From the NCBI RefSeq assembly GCF_006345805.1, contig NC_042999.1, positions 110,980,001 to 111,044,000 on the forward strand: a stretch of DNA of 64,000 nt, in the 5' to 3' direction. Each line of letters starts with the position of its first letter. The stretch's first letter is position 1. Made by a program: the position numbers and the translations under genes. The notes under the pieces were generated by a model. That model saw only the letters and a list, made by a program, of their open reading frames with translations, was not told the origin of the DNA and made no database searches. This stretch comes from Octopus sinensis. Its lineage: Eukaryota. Below are positions 28,598-43,035 of this stretch, piece by piece.

Positions 28598-28642
28598 CAC
28601 ATGCTGATGATGGGTTACTATTCAGAAACCTGGGTCAGTGTG
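28598..28642 (+). ncRNA. Type I hammerhead motif, slightly degenerate
   Basis: cacatg-CUGAUGA-UGGGU(tact)AUUCA-GAAA-CCUGGG-UC-agtgtg; GUC triplet; the first stem I pair is mismatched. Confidence 0.5.
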
Positions 28643-28895
28643 TATTATGTAAAGCTTGAGATGGGAATGATGATTTCCCTTCACAAATATTAATCGGACA
28701 CAGACAGTGTGTTGTTAGCCAGCTGGAGGAGATATCTTCCTAGGGTTATAAACATTAGCATCGTCTCCTATGGGTCCACCACACTTAGGTGGCAAATATA
28801 CTTCACGATTCTATGCTGCTACTATTTACATCTTGCTCAGAGATTTATTATTTATTATTGCTGAAAGAAGCCCATCATATACATACACACACACA

Positions 28896-28933
<38 letters not shown>

Positions 28934-28954
28934 TGTGTGTGTGTGTGTATGTAT

Positions 28955-29115
28955 ATGATGGGCTTCTTTCAGCTTCCATCAACCAAGCCCACTTACATGG
29001 CTTTGGTCAGCCTGAAGGTATAGTAGAAGACACTTGCCCAAGGTGCCACATTGCAGACTGAACTCAGAACTATGTGGTTTGGAAGCAAGCTACTTACCAC
29101 ACAACATCACCTGCA
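28955..29115 (-). mobile_element. SINE family B, 5' half
   Basis: Reverse match to the family B head and core. Confidence 0.75.
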
Positions 29116-29454
29116 CCTGTATATGCATATATAAAATGATGTAGCCATATAATTTTAGACTTGTAGTTAGATCAGATACCTTGAAGGTATTTTTAGGAAG
29201 ATTAAGTAGAGAGTTAATGCTACTAATTTTAGGGATAAATTGCTAATTGACCATAATCTATTTACCTTTCTTTCAAAACAAAAAAGTGCAAATGTAAAGC
29301 AGAATATTATTTATTGAAATTATTATTTCTAATGGTGTTCCACAAAATATTATCTGTGTAAATATACATGAGCCAGCTGTTATTCTGTTGAGTTTTAATA
29401 CTCATCATGTTTATCCTTACTTTATTATTTTATTGTTTACTTATTTCTAAATTA

Positions 29455-29790
29455 GTGAATGTGCATGGGTCAGTGGTTAGAGCATTGGGCTCACAATCAT
29501 GAGGTAGTGAGTTTGATTCCCAGACCGGGCTGCGTGTTATGTTTTTGAATAAGATACTTTATTTCACATTACTCCAGTTCACTCAGCTGTAGAAATGAGT
29601 TCTAATGTCACTGGTGCTGAGCTGTATCAACCTTTACCTTTCCCTCGGATTAGTGGCATGGAAAGGGGGACAATGGTATGCATGGGCGATCCCTAGTCTT
29701 CCATAAACAACCTTGCTCAGACTTGTGCTGCAAAGGGTAACTTTCTAGGTACAATCCCATGGTCATTCATGACCAAGGAGGTTTTTTTTT
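29455..29790 (+). mobile_element. SINE family C with TSD
   Basis: tRNA-like head gggtcagtggttagagc...gagtttgattcc; flanking duplication ttatttctaaattagt at 29441-29456 and 29790-29805. Confidence 0.85.
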
Positions 29791-30500
29791 TATTTCTAAA
29801 TTAGTTCAAAATGTTCAATACATACATATATAGTCATCTAAGAATCCATAAGTCAGAAAATGTATGAACTCATATATTTGCTATAGATTTGTCATATATT
29901 AGTTAAGGTGTATAGCATCATAGATCCATTACAGGAGATCTTACTAACTGGTTTCATGGAGGGTTCTAAAACTGAGTGTTAGATAACAACGAAGTTAAGT
30001 AATACTGCATGCTATTCAGAGCAGTTAACTAATATTTGGTTTAATACCCAGTGCAAAACCAACTGATGAGATCAGCCGTAATAGATCTATAACATTGTAG
30101 ACATCAATTATATATATATATAATATTATATATATATATATATATATATAAATATAATAATTGTATAAACATACAGATACACACACTTATGTGAGGATAT
30201 ATATGCACACACACACGTGTGTGTGTGTGTATGTGTGTGTGTGTGTGAGTGTGTGTGTGTGTGTGTGTGTCCATTTCTATTCTTCCATGTAAACATGTTC
30301 AACCTTGCTAGGAAACAAGTGAAAGCCTGTGACAGAAAGAGCATCCAGCTGTAAATGGTCTGCTTCAAAAAATTTTGTGTGAGCACACACAAAAAAGTAG
30401 ATGCTAAAATTATGATAATGTCTATTACATATATGTGTATATATGTAAGCGTTGCATACATATGCTTACATACACACACATATATGTATATATGTATATA

Positions 30501-30532
<32 letters not shown>

Positions 30533-30789
30533 CACATATATATTTGCATATATATATGTATATATACAAGCACATACACATATATATATATATATATATA
30601 CATATATATATTTATATACATATATACACATAGATACATACATACATATATACACATAGATACATACATATATATATTTATATACATATATACACATAGA
30701 TACGTACATATATATATATATGTGAGTGTATGTGTGTGTGGTGTGTGTGTGTGTGTGTGTAGAAGGTTGAAAAGGAACACATGAGTTAT

Positions 30790-31030
30790 GTATAAGTCAA
30801 GGTAGAAAATGCTAAAATAATTTTATCATGAAGAACATTTTAGTACCAGTTTCGGGCTTTGCAACTTTTTCAAATTAGAGTAAAGCATGAAAAAGATTTA
30901 AATGTGGAAAAATTAAATAAAATGTTTTTTAAAAATATTTCCATAATTTTCAAATGCAAGGGACATTTTCCTTTTTTCTGTCTGTCTCTGTCTCTCTTTT
31001 TTACTCCTATGAGTTCTAGGTAGTGGGCAG
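30790..31030 (-). repeat. pLTR-like repeat downstream of the Neptune ORF
   Basis: Matches 12801-13040; minus strand reads tttgaaaaagttgcaaagcccgaaactggtac (degenerate HHR-like). Confidence 0.5.
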
Positions 31031-31299
31031 CAGGTAGTAGTAGTGTGATATGAATTCTTGTTTTTGTTACTTTAAGTAGCAGGAGTGGTTGAGAAAGGAT
31101 GTAGTGAAGAACAAGAAGAAGAAGAAATGCGGGAGTAGTATGACAGTAGTACGATGTTGGTGGAATCCTCTTAAATGGTCAAGTAACCTAAAAGTGAATC
31201 GTTGTGGTTGTAATAGTAATGATTGGAATTGTTCTAAATAAATTCATGGGTAGTGACTGTTCTGAATATATCATTTTTAATATTTGTGTGGGTATTATT

Positions 31300-33040
31300 C
31301 TAAGGCCCTTGTAATAGTGTCATTTGCAGTGGACACATTCAAAAGGGGTTTATATTTTGTAATAAAGTATGACTCTTTACTAATGCACTGACTACAGGTT
31401 GCATCGTCCCTGAATTGATAGAGGGGAAAAAATTCTAAAGCTGGGTTGTTTGTTATTGGTGCAAATGTCGATGTGTTCACTGAATGCTATTTTTCTGTAT
31501 TTCTGAATTTTGATTTGGGATCTATGTAGAGCCATCCTTTGATGTAGACTCTTTTTGGTTTGGCCTATGTATTGCTCTTGACACCCAGAACAAGTTAATA
31601 CATATATCAGGTTCTTAAAAGCACATGTGAAGTTCCTTTTTGCTGTAAAACTTTCACTCTGCTTGAAAGCGAACTCTAATCCCTCAATTAGGTTGGCACA
31701 TATACCACAGTTAGGTCTTCCACATTTTTTTACTGACAGCTTCATTGTTGTTGTCGATTGTATTCAGGCTTATGTTAGGCGACTTTTCATACATTTGGGC
31801 TGTCTTGTGCTCTTTATGATGATGTGTGTTTGGAGGATTACATTCATTCTGTGGTCCCTTTTTAGTAGGGGAATGTTCTAGAGGATGGTGTCAAAGTGTT
31901 CATTGTTAAGAGGGTTGTGTGTGGAGATGTATGGTAGGGCTTTTGGTTGTAAATCCTTCTTTAATTTGGGATGCCTGAGTTCGTGGATGTTGAGTTGTAG
32001 GGCATGTTGAAAGCATATATCAATTAGTGATAGTGAGTAGTTCTTGGTAGTGAGTGTATTCTTTAGTTCAAGTAATCATGTGTCCCTGGTGCTTGTATTA
32101 GAAACTATAGTACAAATCCCTTTTTGCTAGGTTGGAAAGATGGCACAAGTTGAACGGTAGATAATGCTTGGTGTCTGTGGGCTAATAGTATATATCTGTC
32201 TAGATTTCTTAATGAGGATGTCAAGGAAGGGAAGTTTTAGATGGCTATATTCCATCGTGAATTGAATGTTTACATCAAGTCCATTTATAAGTGCTTGAAT
32301 TCTTTTAGTCTCTATATACTTTCATGCCAAAGAATGAAGCTCATCCAGATACCTCTTCCAGTTATTTTCCATGAAGAGGAAGAATGGTTTGCCATATTTT
32401 TCTAGTACCTTATGATAAAGACTAATTTCTAGATATTCCATGACTAATCAAAGGAAGGAGCCATTCTCGTAGCCATCACAGTCTCCGATTTTTGTCGATA
32501 GAAGTTGTCTTTGAAGACAAAGTAGCTATTCTCCCAGATAAATGTTAGCTCTTCTATCACAAATGCTTTTTTGATGCAATGTGGGAGTTCATTGGCGTAA
32601 TTCTCTAGCCAGAATTTAATTGCCTCTATTCCTAGGCTGTGGGGGATATTAGAATAGAGGTTGGCTACATCGAAAGATACTAGTAGGTTGTTTTTGTTTA
32701 TTGCTTTAGGGAGGCGATTGAGCATATCTAAGTCGTCCCTTATGTAGCTTTTGATATGCTTGAGGAATGGCTTTAAGAGGATGTCTAAAAAGTTACTGAA
32801 GCAGTAAGTTTTGCATGTGAAGTCAGCTATTATGGGTCTTAATTTGAGGTCATTAGGAGAAGGTACCTTGACTATTATATCTGTGGCTCCCTTGCATGTG
32901 TTACTTACTTTTTCCCTTTTGTGTATCTTAGGAATACCATAGAATTGACTGGATTTACTTTTGAAGTTGGTCATATAATCGTACTCCTTGTCGGTGAGCA
33001 CTTCTCTGTATAGGTTTAACATGGATTTTAGGTTTCTCAT
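31300..33040 (-). pseudogene. Penelope-like retroelement (Neptune-type) RT plus GIY-YIG endonuclease, disrupted
   Basis: RT motifs FYGIPKIHK, LRPII, LVSFDVANLYSNIP, FYRQ..MAP, then WKRYLD (~32340-32362) and QFTMEYSHLKLPFLD. Linker CGRPNCGIC...C. Endonuclease NLIYVLTCSGCQEQYIGQTKKSLHQRMALHR and KESYFITKYKPLLN. Several stops and frameshifts. Confidence 0.9.
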
Positions 33041-33109
33041 TCTTTTCTGCTATATATGTATATATATTAAATTCCTTTTTCCTTTTATTTAATTTCTCTT
33101 ACTTGTTCC

Positions 33110-33508
33110 CATCATTTAATTGCAGCCATACTGGGGCACCACTTTGAAGGGTTTTAGTCAAAAAAATTGACCCCAGGATTTTTTTTAAAGCCTGGTACTT
33201 ATTTTATTGGTTTCTTTTGCTGAACCACAAAGTTACTGGGATATAAGCACACCAACACCAGTTGTCAATGGGGGACAAACACAAAGACACACACATAACC
33301 CCCCAGACACACACACACGTGCATGCACACACACACATATATGATAGGCTAATTTTAGTTTCTGTCTACCAAATTCTACCAAATCTACTCACAAGGATTT
33401 GGCTGACTCAAGGCTATAGTGGACGACACTAACTCAAAGTGTCATGCAGAGGGACTGAACCTGGGACCATGTGGTTTAGAAGCAAGCTTCTTACTACACA
33501 CCCATGCT

Positions 33509-33510
<2 letters not shown>
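33110..33510 (-). mobile_element. SINE family B
   Basis: Reverse match to 19978-20390. Confidence 0.75.
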
Positions 33511-33546
<36 letters not shown>

Positions 33547-34571
33547 CATATATACAAATATATATGTATTGTAAAAGATAACAGAAATGGTTGGCATCTG
33601 GAAGGGTATCCAGTCATTAGAACAATATCATCTCAAAATATCTTGTCTAGCCCTTCACAGTATGGAAAATCAGATCTTAAAAGAAAAAAAAGTGATGATG
33701 ACGGTGATGATGATGATGATGACAATGATGGTAATAGTGATAATATTTGTATAAAACTGCTGTGTTTGCCATTATTGTTTTGCCAATGTCAGCATGAAAC
33801 AATCTCTAATGAAATTATACTCCAGAATATCTCAAGAAAAAAAATAAATAAACATTAAAATCAAAAATAATAGAAAAAACTATTTCCTCCTAAAAATAAA
33901 ATCTATACCCTCTTTCCTAGAATGTACATGAATAAACAAAAAAAAAACAACAAACCAAAAAATAACAAAAAATGGGAACAACTAGTTCAACTCAAAAACA
34001 ATATCTACCTCGTCACTCTCTTTGCACAAAAACTGAAAAAAAAATAATAAAAATAATGAAAATTAAAAAGTGCCAAAGAAAGGAAAAAAAAATTATATTA
34101 CAAAAAAATTATATGTACAATTGAATTTGAAAAAGATTACTAGAATATCATATAGACCTACTGCTGTATTGCCAGGTATCAGTTGATGATATGTTTTGGT
34201 GGGAAAAACACAATTATTTGGCGATAACATTTATTTTTCATCTGTCTTCCTTATATGTTCTAGTCTCTTACACTTGGAGAATTTTATATTTTAGTCACTA
34301 ACTTTAAATTAGAGGATGTAAAAAAGACAAAGAAAGAATAACAGTTATATGGTAATACAAAATAAAAATAAATGCTTTCAAATAAACAAATAAAATGATA
34401 GTAAATAAAATATAAGGTATAAATATATAAATAAAAGTTGGTATGTATATATATATATGTATGTGGGTGTATATATAAATATGCTATATATATATAATAT
34501 GCATATATACACATACAAAAAATGAGTAGAAATGGATATAGATATGTATATATGTATATATATATATGCTA

Positions 34572-34602
<31 letters not shown>

Positions 34603-35308
34603 CTATCTGGAGGATGCATGCACTTTCAAGTTAGTTCAAATGAGAATAATGCTTATGCATCTATGCACTCATACAGCTGTGACATGCATTCTTTAATTTG
34701 ATTTACCAGTGGTGTATGTATGTATGTATGCATGTATATATATATATATGTGTGTATATATATATATACACATACATTTCTAAATACAAAAAAACACACA
34801 ATCATATACATTGATATATATTATATAAGTGTGTGTGTGTGTGTGAGTGCATGTGTGGGTGCATGTGTGTATGAAACATATCCAAGTGATCTTATGTATA
34901 CATGTTTAATATGTTATTGTGCCTATGTGGATGAGAATTGACTTGGGAGCATATACACATGGAATATAACATGAAAAGGCATGTGCATATACACATACAC
35001 ACGGACATATAATATATAATACATAATACATAATAATGACAATTATATATATGTGTGTGTGTGTTTGTGGATGTATGTAAATATATACATGTTCATATGC
35101 TAATGATTGTGTTTTTGCTATATGGATGCCTTTATCCATAATTATATGAATTTCTATAAGTATACACATACATATGTAGTAATCCAAACACACATACACA
35201 GAGGCAGACATATGCACACAAACACACACTCACACACACACATGCATGTATATGCATACATATATAAATACATCACTACATACACACACTCACACACATA
35301 TATACACA

Positions 35309-35350
<42 letters not shown>

Positions 35351-35393
35351 CATACATAAATACATACACACTCACACACATATATACACATGC

Positions 35394-35461
<68 letters not shown>

Positions 35462-36323
35462 CATACATAAATACATACACACTCACATATATACACACAC
35501 ACTCACACACATATATATAGGTATGTAAATATATGCATCCACGCACACACACACACATGTATATATATACATAGATGCACATATGCACACTAACACATTA
35601 GAACTCTCGCACGATAGTATAGCACCACTCACATTAACTATTGAGTTAAAATCGAGTTTTCAAACGTAAAGTATTAAGCAAAAGAGACTAAAAGTTTCTC
35701 AACAAGGAATGATATGACTGACTCTATTGTCTGCAAGTTATTATTTTAGTTTTCAATTTAAATCTTCTTTTATATCTAAATCATGCTCTGGACTGCATCT
35801 TTCGACATTTTTCTCTTATTTCCTATTGTGTTTACTTTTTGCTTCTTTTTTACTTGTTTATGTTGTGTTGTTGTTGTTGTTGATGTTGTTGATGTTGTTG
35901 ATGTTTTTGTTCTTCTTCTTCTTCAAGTTTCTGTCTTCATCTTCATCATCCTTGACATTACAGTTAATTTTCTTGAGCTCTTTCTCTCTTTCAGTCATTC
36001 TTTTGCTCTTTCGTTCTCTCTTTCTTTTTGTCATCCTTCGTTAATTATTTTTCTGTTGTAGCTTTGTTATTGTTGATATTTTATGTTGCTTTCTTCTTTT
36101 TTGTTTCATATTGTTTTTTTTTAATGAAATTTTGTTACAAGTATATGCATGTGTGTGTATGTGTGTGTGTTTGTGAGTGTATATATATATATATATATTG
36201 ATGTGTACATATATGTTTGGGATGTAAATATGTATGTGTGTATGTATGTGTGTATGTATGTATGTATGTATGTATCTATCTATCTATCTATCTGTCTATC
36301 TGTCTATCTATCTATCTCTCCCC

Positions 36324-36362
<39 letters not shown>

Positions 36363-36473
36363 ATATATATATATATATACCCATGCTTGAATTTTATATA
36401 CTTTAATACTTCTTTTATTCATATTGTTTATTATTTTATTTGTTCACATTTCAATTGTTGTTGTTGTTGTTGC

Positions 36474-36545
<72 letters not shown>

Positions 36546-36813
36546 CCTCCTTCTCATCATAATCATCATCATTATAATTTGTTGGTTAGCTTCTTCTTCC
36601 TCGTCTAATTATTGATTAGATGTGCGTCGTGATGGTTTCTGTTGTAGTCTTTCTTCAAAAATTTACATTTTTAGCTTATTTTATGTGAGAAGATATTTAC
36701 AGTTTCAATTTTGCCTGAAGAGGTAAAACGTTTTGAACAGGAATGAAGGCATTGTGCTGATTCCATCTTTGGCAAAACACTGTTGTCAATTGTACTAAAG
36801 CTCTGTCTCTCTC

Positions 36814-36866
<53 letters not shown>

Positions 36867-37084
36867 TTCTATCTATCTATCTTTTTTGAGAACACACTCC
36901 ATTTCACGTGTAGAAACTTTTATATTTATACACAAAAATACTCATGCATTCAGGCATTTACACTTGCATGTAGACATATATACATATATACATACATGCA
37001 TACATACAGACAGACAGAGATATAGACAGGTAGATAGGGACATAGGAAAATAGATTCATATATGTGTGTATACATATATATGTC

Positions 37085-37166
<82 letters not shown>

Positions 37167-37498
37167 TATATACGTATATATATATACACACATACTTAGA
37201 CACTCATGTGCTTCACATGCATAAACTAATTCATCTAAAAAACATGGCATTAATCACAAGAGGGCTCAATAAAGAAATCCAGAATAAATTAAATTAGAGC
37301 TATGACAAAGTCTATGTGAAAAATAGAACGGAAATTAAAGAATCTGAAGTATACCACACAAATTAGATATGTGCATAATACTTGTAAATCATAAATAGAC
37401 ATACATTCCTACATATACATACACACACATACACACTCATATATACATGGATAAAGATACATGTATATATATATATATATAAATATATATGCATACAT

Positions 37499-37580
<82 letters not shown>

Positions 37581-37674
37581 ATATACACACACATATGCAT
37601 ATACACATATATATGTTAATATGTACATGAGTAAATCTCTCTCTCTCCCTATATATATATACACACACACACAC

Positions 37675-37707
<33 letters not shown>

Positions 37708-37708
37708 G

Positions 37709-37760
<52 letters not shown>

Positions 37761-37764
37761 AAAT

Positions 37765-38268
37765 ATTGCATGGAAAATGCAAGCATGAAAAGTAATATTC
37801 ATAAGATTATAAACCTGGAAAAGTACAGGACAAGTTATTACACCTGTAAAAGTATAGGACAAACTATTAGCTCAAGTAAAGTAAAGAATAAGAAATTTTT
37901 TACTTAAAATATTGCAGCAACAAATGCCGGTTCTTCTAATCTATCACTCTTTACAGTTCTCATCTTTTAAATTTATTGTACAAAACTAATTTGAAGGTTT
38001 GTCTAATTAGTCACTTTTTTCTGTAGCTAAGGTAGTAAATTAGGCAAATTCTACTTAAATAAGTTACTTGTAAACTATAATAAAATATTTTTTAATATTC
38101 AAATTTTAAATTTAGCTGCAATATTTTAAGTAAAAAGTTTCTTATTCTTTACCTTACTTGAAGTAATAGTTTGTCCTATACTTTTACATGTGTAATAACT
38201 TGTCCTGTACTTTTCCAGGTTTATAATCTTAAGAATATTACTTTTCATGCTCGTATTTTTCCATGTAA
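37765..38268. repeat. Long imperfect inverted repeat (~150-bp arms, ~195-bp spacer); foldback or MITE-like
   Basis: 37765-37918 is the reverse complement of 38115-38268 (e.g. aaacctggaaaagtacaggacaagttatt / aataacttgtcctgtacttttccaggttt). Confidence 0.8.
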
Positions 38269-38904
38269 TCCATGTTTTTTCCAGGCATTGCTGCTATGAG
38301 ATAATTAGTAATGTGTCAATTAATAATTTAGGATTTTACCTTATAAAATACTGGCTGCTATTTTTAGCACATCAAGCGACCAGTTCGAGGCTCTTTCATC
38401 GGTTTGATTGCATGATGAGATTTTTTTACACATATATGTAATATGTATATATATCATCAGCAAAAGTTAGAGAGTAAGTCAAAAGCTGAGAGTTTCGTGT
38501 ATTGGCACTTAACAAACATGAATTTGTCCATTGTCACTCTGTAACTTGTGATGAAATAACTTCTAAAATACAGAATTTTGTCAAAAAACTTTAAGAGTAA
38601 ACCCTGTTGTATGTGACACATTGTACCAGTATCTGAAGTTTCAAAGTGTTTAGTTAAAAGAAATTAATTAAACAATCAGTACATCAAATTGAATAGATCT
38701 GAAATGGATAAAAAGCAAAGTCGATCTCTGTGAAATTTGAACTCAAACATAAACACAGGCAAAATACTGTTAATCATTTCACTCAGCACACTAAAGTTTC
38801 TACCAGCTCGCCACCTTAAAACGAAAGCATTCATTTTAGCAATATATTCTTTAATATTGTTATTGATATCCTATCGTTGCCAGTATATTTTATTATTTGG
38901 TGCA

Positions 38905-39300
38905 GGAGTGGCTGTGTGGTAAGTAGCTTGCTTAACAACCACATAGATCCGGGTTCAGTCCCACTGTGTGGCACCTTGGGCAAGTGTCTTCTACTATAGC
39001 CTTGGGCCGACCAAAGCCTTGTGAGTGGATTTGGTAGACAGAAACTGAAAGAAGCTTGTCGTATATGTATATATATATATATGTGTGTGTGTGTGTTTGT
39101 CCCCCCAATATCACTTGACAACCGATGCTGTTGTGTTTATGTCCCTGTAACTTAGCGGTTCAGCAAAAGAGACCGATAGAATAAGTACTAGGCTTACAAA
39201 AAATAAGTCCCAGGGTCGATTTGCTCTACTAATGGTGGTGCTCCAGCATGGCCGCAGTCAAATGACTGAAACAAATACAAAAGTAAAGAAAGTAAAAGAT
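38905..39300 (+). mobile_element. SINE family B, full length
   Basis: High similarity to 19978-20390. Confidence 0.85.
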
Positions 39301-39801
39301 AGATAAGCATCACTCCCTTACTCTCTTTCTTACTTAAACAAAATTTCGTAATATTTCATGCCATAACTTTTCTTCTCCTAATTTTTGTGCAGTGCGGCTA
39401 ATGACTCTAAATTGCTCATACATTTTTCTACCATCTAAGCCTTAGAAAAGTACACTTTTATTTTAAAATTAAAAAGTTTTTGTTAATTTAAGGCGAATAG
39501 GTGCCTTGCTACCCCATCCCCCTTGAGGTTGCAGATATTTTGATGCAGCTTTTTTCTACTGAACCAAATCTCAAACTATTTATGCCAAAGTGTAGCTTAG
39601 GAGGTGTCCTCTTTAAAACTGTTAACAGTTTGCAATTTAATTGAGAACTGAATTAGTAGTGATATTGGGAAGCTGCTGTGAGTGACGAAATGTTGGACTT
39701 AAGAATATATTCAACCACTACCGTGGTTGAATGATAGTTCATATATATGTTTATATATATGTATATACATACATACATACATACATACATACATACATAC
39801 A

Positions 39802-39833
<32 letters not shown>

Positions 39834-39983
39834 CACATACACACACAAGCATACATGTGTATGTGTAATTATATAAATTCAATATATTAAAGTCCCACCA
39901 CCACACATATGTGCAAATATATATATATATGTGTGTGCGTGTGTGTATATATATATCATCATCATCAACATTTAACGTCTGCT

Positions 39984-40038
<55 letters not shown>

Positions 40039-40335
40039 TAGATAGATAGATAGATAGAATGAACAAATCTCTTTTTAGACCTGTTGTACTGAAGACAAGA
40101 TATGACTTTGTTCCAATTTTATGCTTTTTATATCATTTTTTCCAAGTTTTTTTTTTCAGTTCTTTCTTCTATTTTTATGAGGCCCTTTCCATTTCTTGGG
40201 AACAATAACATTCTTAAGTTCATCATTAATACCTCTAGGCTTTTACAGTCTCAATTTCAGTGTTAAGTCACTTTAGTATTTAGTATTTGATGGCTCAAGT
40301 TTATTGGAAGCCCAATGAACATGACTGGTGTAGAC

Positions 40336-40579
40336 CAGTGGTTCTCACCTGGGGACCGCATGGCCCTTGAGGGTCTACGTGACCCTTGGGGGCCATGTAA
40401 ATTGCTTATACTTCTACAATACACAAAATATTTTAACAATTTTCTAATACAATGCCTGATAATATTTAATTATAAACATATAATGGGACTTTTTTTAAAC
40501 ATCAAATGTTTATTAGGATCCATTAGAATAAAATAGAAATCAAAAGGGTCTATGGACAAAAAATTATTGAGAACCACTG
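40336..40579. mobile_element. hAT (Charlie-type) MITE
   Basis: TIRs cagtggttctca / tgagaaccactg; perfect 8-bp TSD gtgtagac at 40328-40335 and 40580-40587. Confidence 0.9.
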
Positions 40580-40664
40580 GTGTAGACATTATGGCCAAAA
40601 TTTTAATTTTGATTTATAGACTTTTATGTCATCAGAAAGGTATTTGTTTTTCTTTGAGACTAGT

Positions 40665-41045
40665 GTATCCATGCTGGAGCACTGCCTTAAAGGGTTTTAG
40701 TCGAATAAATCGATCACGGGACTTATTCTTTGTGAGTCTAAAACTTATTTTATCAGTCCCTTTTGCTGAACTGCTAGGTTACAGGGACTTAAACACACCA
40801 ACATCAACTGTCAATGGATGGTGGGGAGACAAACATGGACACAAAGACACACATACATAAATATATACACATGTCTATATGAAAGGCTTCTTTCAGTTTC
40901 TGTCTACCAAATCCACTCACAAGGCTTTGGTCTGCCGGAGGCTATATTAGAAGACACTTCCCCAAGGTGTCATGTAGTGGGACTGAACCATAAACGATGT
41001 GTTTGGGAAGCAAGCTTCTTACCACTCAGCCACGACTGTGCCTAT
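40665..41045 (-). mobile_element. SINE family B
   Basis: Reverse match to family B. Confidence 0.8.
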
Positions 41046-41761
41046 TGACTTAATTAATCATTTATTTTTATTTTATTAATAATTTATTTTTATGAGGAAT
41101 TATATATATAATATTGATATGTCATTCACTAATACTTTTGTTATCCAGACAACATATGCATGTCATAAATAAGACGAACAAATGTCCAGTGATGTATAAA
41201 TCTAATGGTCAAGATATGAATTCCAAAGATAAAGTTTAAACAAATGCTAGTGATGATGTCTTCATGAATCACATTCACTTAGCACAAGAGAAGCAGTTGT
41301 TACATACCATCACTAATAGTCAATGAACCATATCTAAAAAGTCTGAAAGAAGCTTCAAAATATTTTGTAAACAACAAAAGGACACTGATAAACAATGACA
41401 AAGTCAACCAATGAAAACATAGAATATACTGTACAATAGCAAATAATTTTAAAAACTTAGTCAAAGATGGAAAAAGCATAATAAAATGGCATTAGAAACC
41501 AACCAACAAGAACAATAGCCAAAGACAAAACCAACCATAAACAATGCAAAAATAATCACAAAGTACAAAGTAACATTCAATGACAATTAATGATACACAC
41601 ACAAAAGAATGAACACTCATGTTAATGTATATAAAATGAACATGAACATAAATTAAAATATTTCTTGCCTGGAGATTGCAATCACATGAAACTCAAATTC
41701 CACATAGAAACAAAATCTCACTCTCTCCTTCCTTCTCTCTCTCTATATATATGCATATATC

Positions 41762-41809
<48 letters not shown>

Positions 41810-41813
41810 TATA

Positions 41814-41855
<42 letters not shown>

Positions 41856-42100
41856 AATTAATTAAGGGTAGAAATTGATATTTATCAATTAAGACCAGTG
41901 GTCTAGCATATTAAAAAAGAATCCGAAGATTAAAATATTTATATATACCAATTAAGGACTAAACACGAAAAGTGGACAGTCAACATGCTAGATATAGACG
42001 TCAAATCGCCATTCACCACAAAAGATTATGTTCTCAGATCAAACTCAGCACAAAACCATAGCAATAAACAAGTGAAAAATATACGAAATAAAATAATTAC

Positions 42101-42164
42101 CCATGTACTAATTAGTTTCGGCTGTTATTTTCCGCAAGGAAAACTGCAGCCATCATCAGCATGG
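42101..42164 (-). ncRNA. Type I hammerhead ribozyme (505-nt family, inverted copy)
   Basis: Exact reverse complement of 42531-42594. Confidence 0.85.
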
Positions 42165-42530
42165 TCCGTTATAAATGCAATTTGCTGGACTAGATGCAAA
42201 CACGATACCGAAATATCGCGTGCATGGAGTTCAGCCTATTACATTTGAATATATCTTTCAAATCGGATTCTTTTTTAATATGCTAGACCACTGGTCTTAA
42301 TTGATAAATATCAATTTCTACCCTTAATTAATTTTATATAAATAAATATGTTCTCTAACCGATAAATTGACTGCTGCTAATTATTAGCTGCAGGCTAGTT
42401 TTCTCGGGCCTCAACGCGCCAAAGTAAAGGCATTTGAAAGATATATTCAAATGTAATAGGCTGAACTCCATGCACGCGATATTTCGGTATCGTGTTTGCA
42501 TCTAGTCCAGCAAATTGCATTTATAACGGA

Positions 42531-42594
42531 CCATGCTGATGATGGCTGCAGTTTTCCTTGCGGAAAATAACAGCCGAAACTAATTAGTACATGG
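42531..42594 (+). ncRNA. Type I hammerhead ribozyme (505-nt family)
   Basis: Stem I CCAUG/CAUGG; CUGAUGA 42536-42542 plus one extra U; stem II GGCUG/CAGCC with inner hairpin UUUUCC-UUGC-GGAAAA; GAAA 42576-42579; palindromic stem III CUAAUUAG; GUA cleavage after 42589. Confidence 0.85.
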
Positions 42595-43035
42595 GTAATT
42601 ATTTTATTTCGTATATTTTTCACTTGTTTATTGCTATGGTTTTGTGCTGAGTTTGATCTGAGAACATAATCTTTTGTGGTGAATGGCGATTTGACGTCTA
42701 TATCTAGCATGTTGACTGTCCACTTTTCGTGTTCAGTCCTTAATTGGTATATATAAATATTTTAATCTTCGGATTCTTTTTTAATATGCTAGACCACTGG
42801 TCTTAATTGATAAATATCAATTTCTACCCTTAATTAATTTTATATAAATAAATATGTTCTCTAACCGATAAATTGACTGCTGCTAATTATTAGCTGCAGG
42901 CTAGTTTTCTCGGGCCTCAACGCGCCAAAGTAAAGGCATTTAAAAGATATATTCAAATGTAATAGGCTGAACTCCATGCACGCGATATTTCGGTATCGTG
43001 TTTGCATCTAGTCCAGCAATTGCATTTATAACGGA

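Noticed and set aside
41245-41350. C/D snoRNA-like boxes (gtgatga...ctga)
   Set aside because: No terminal stem or recognisable guide; expected by chance in AT-rich DNA.
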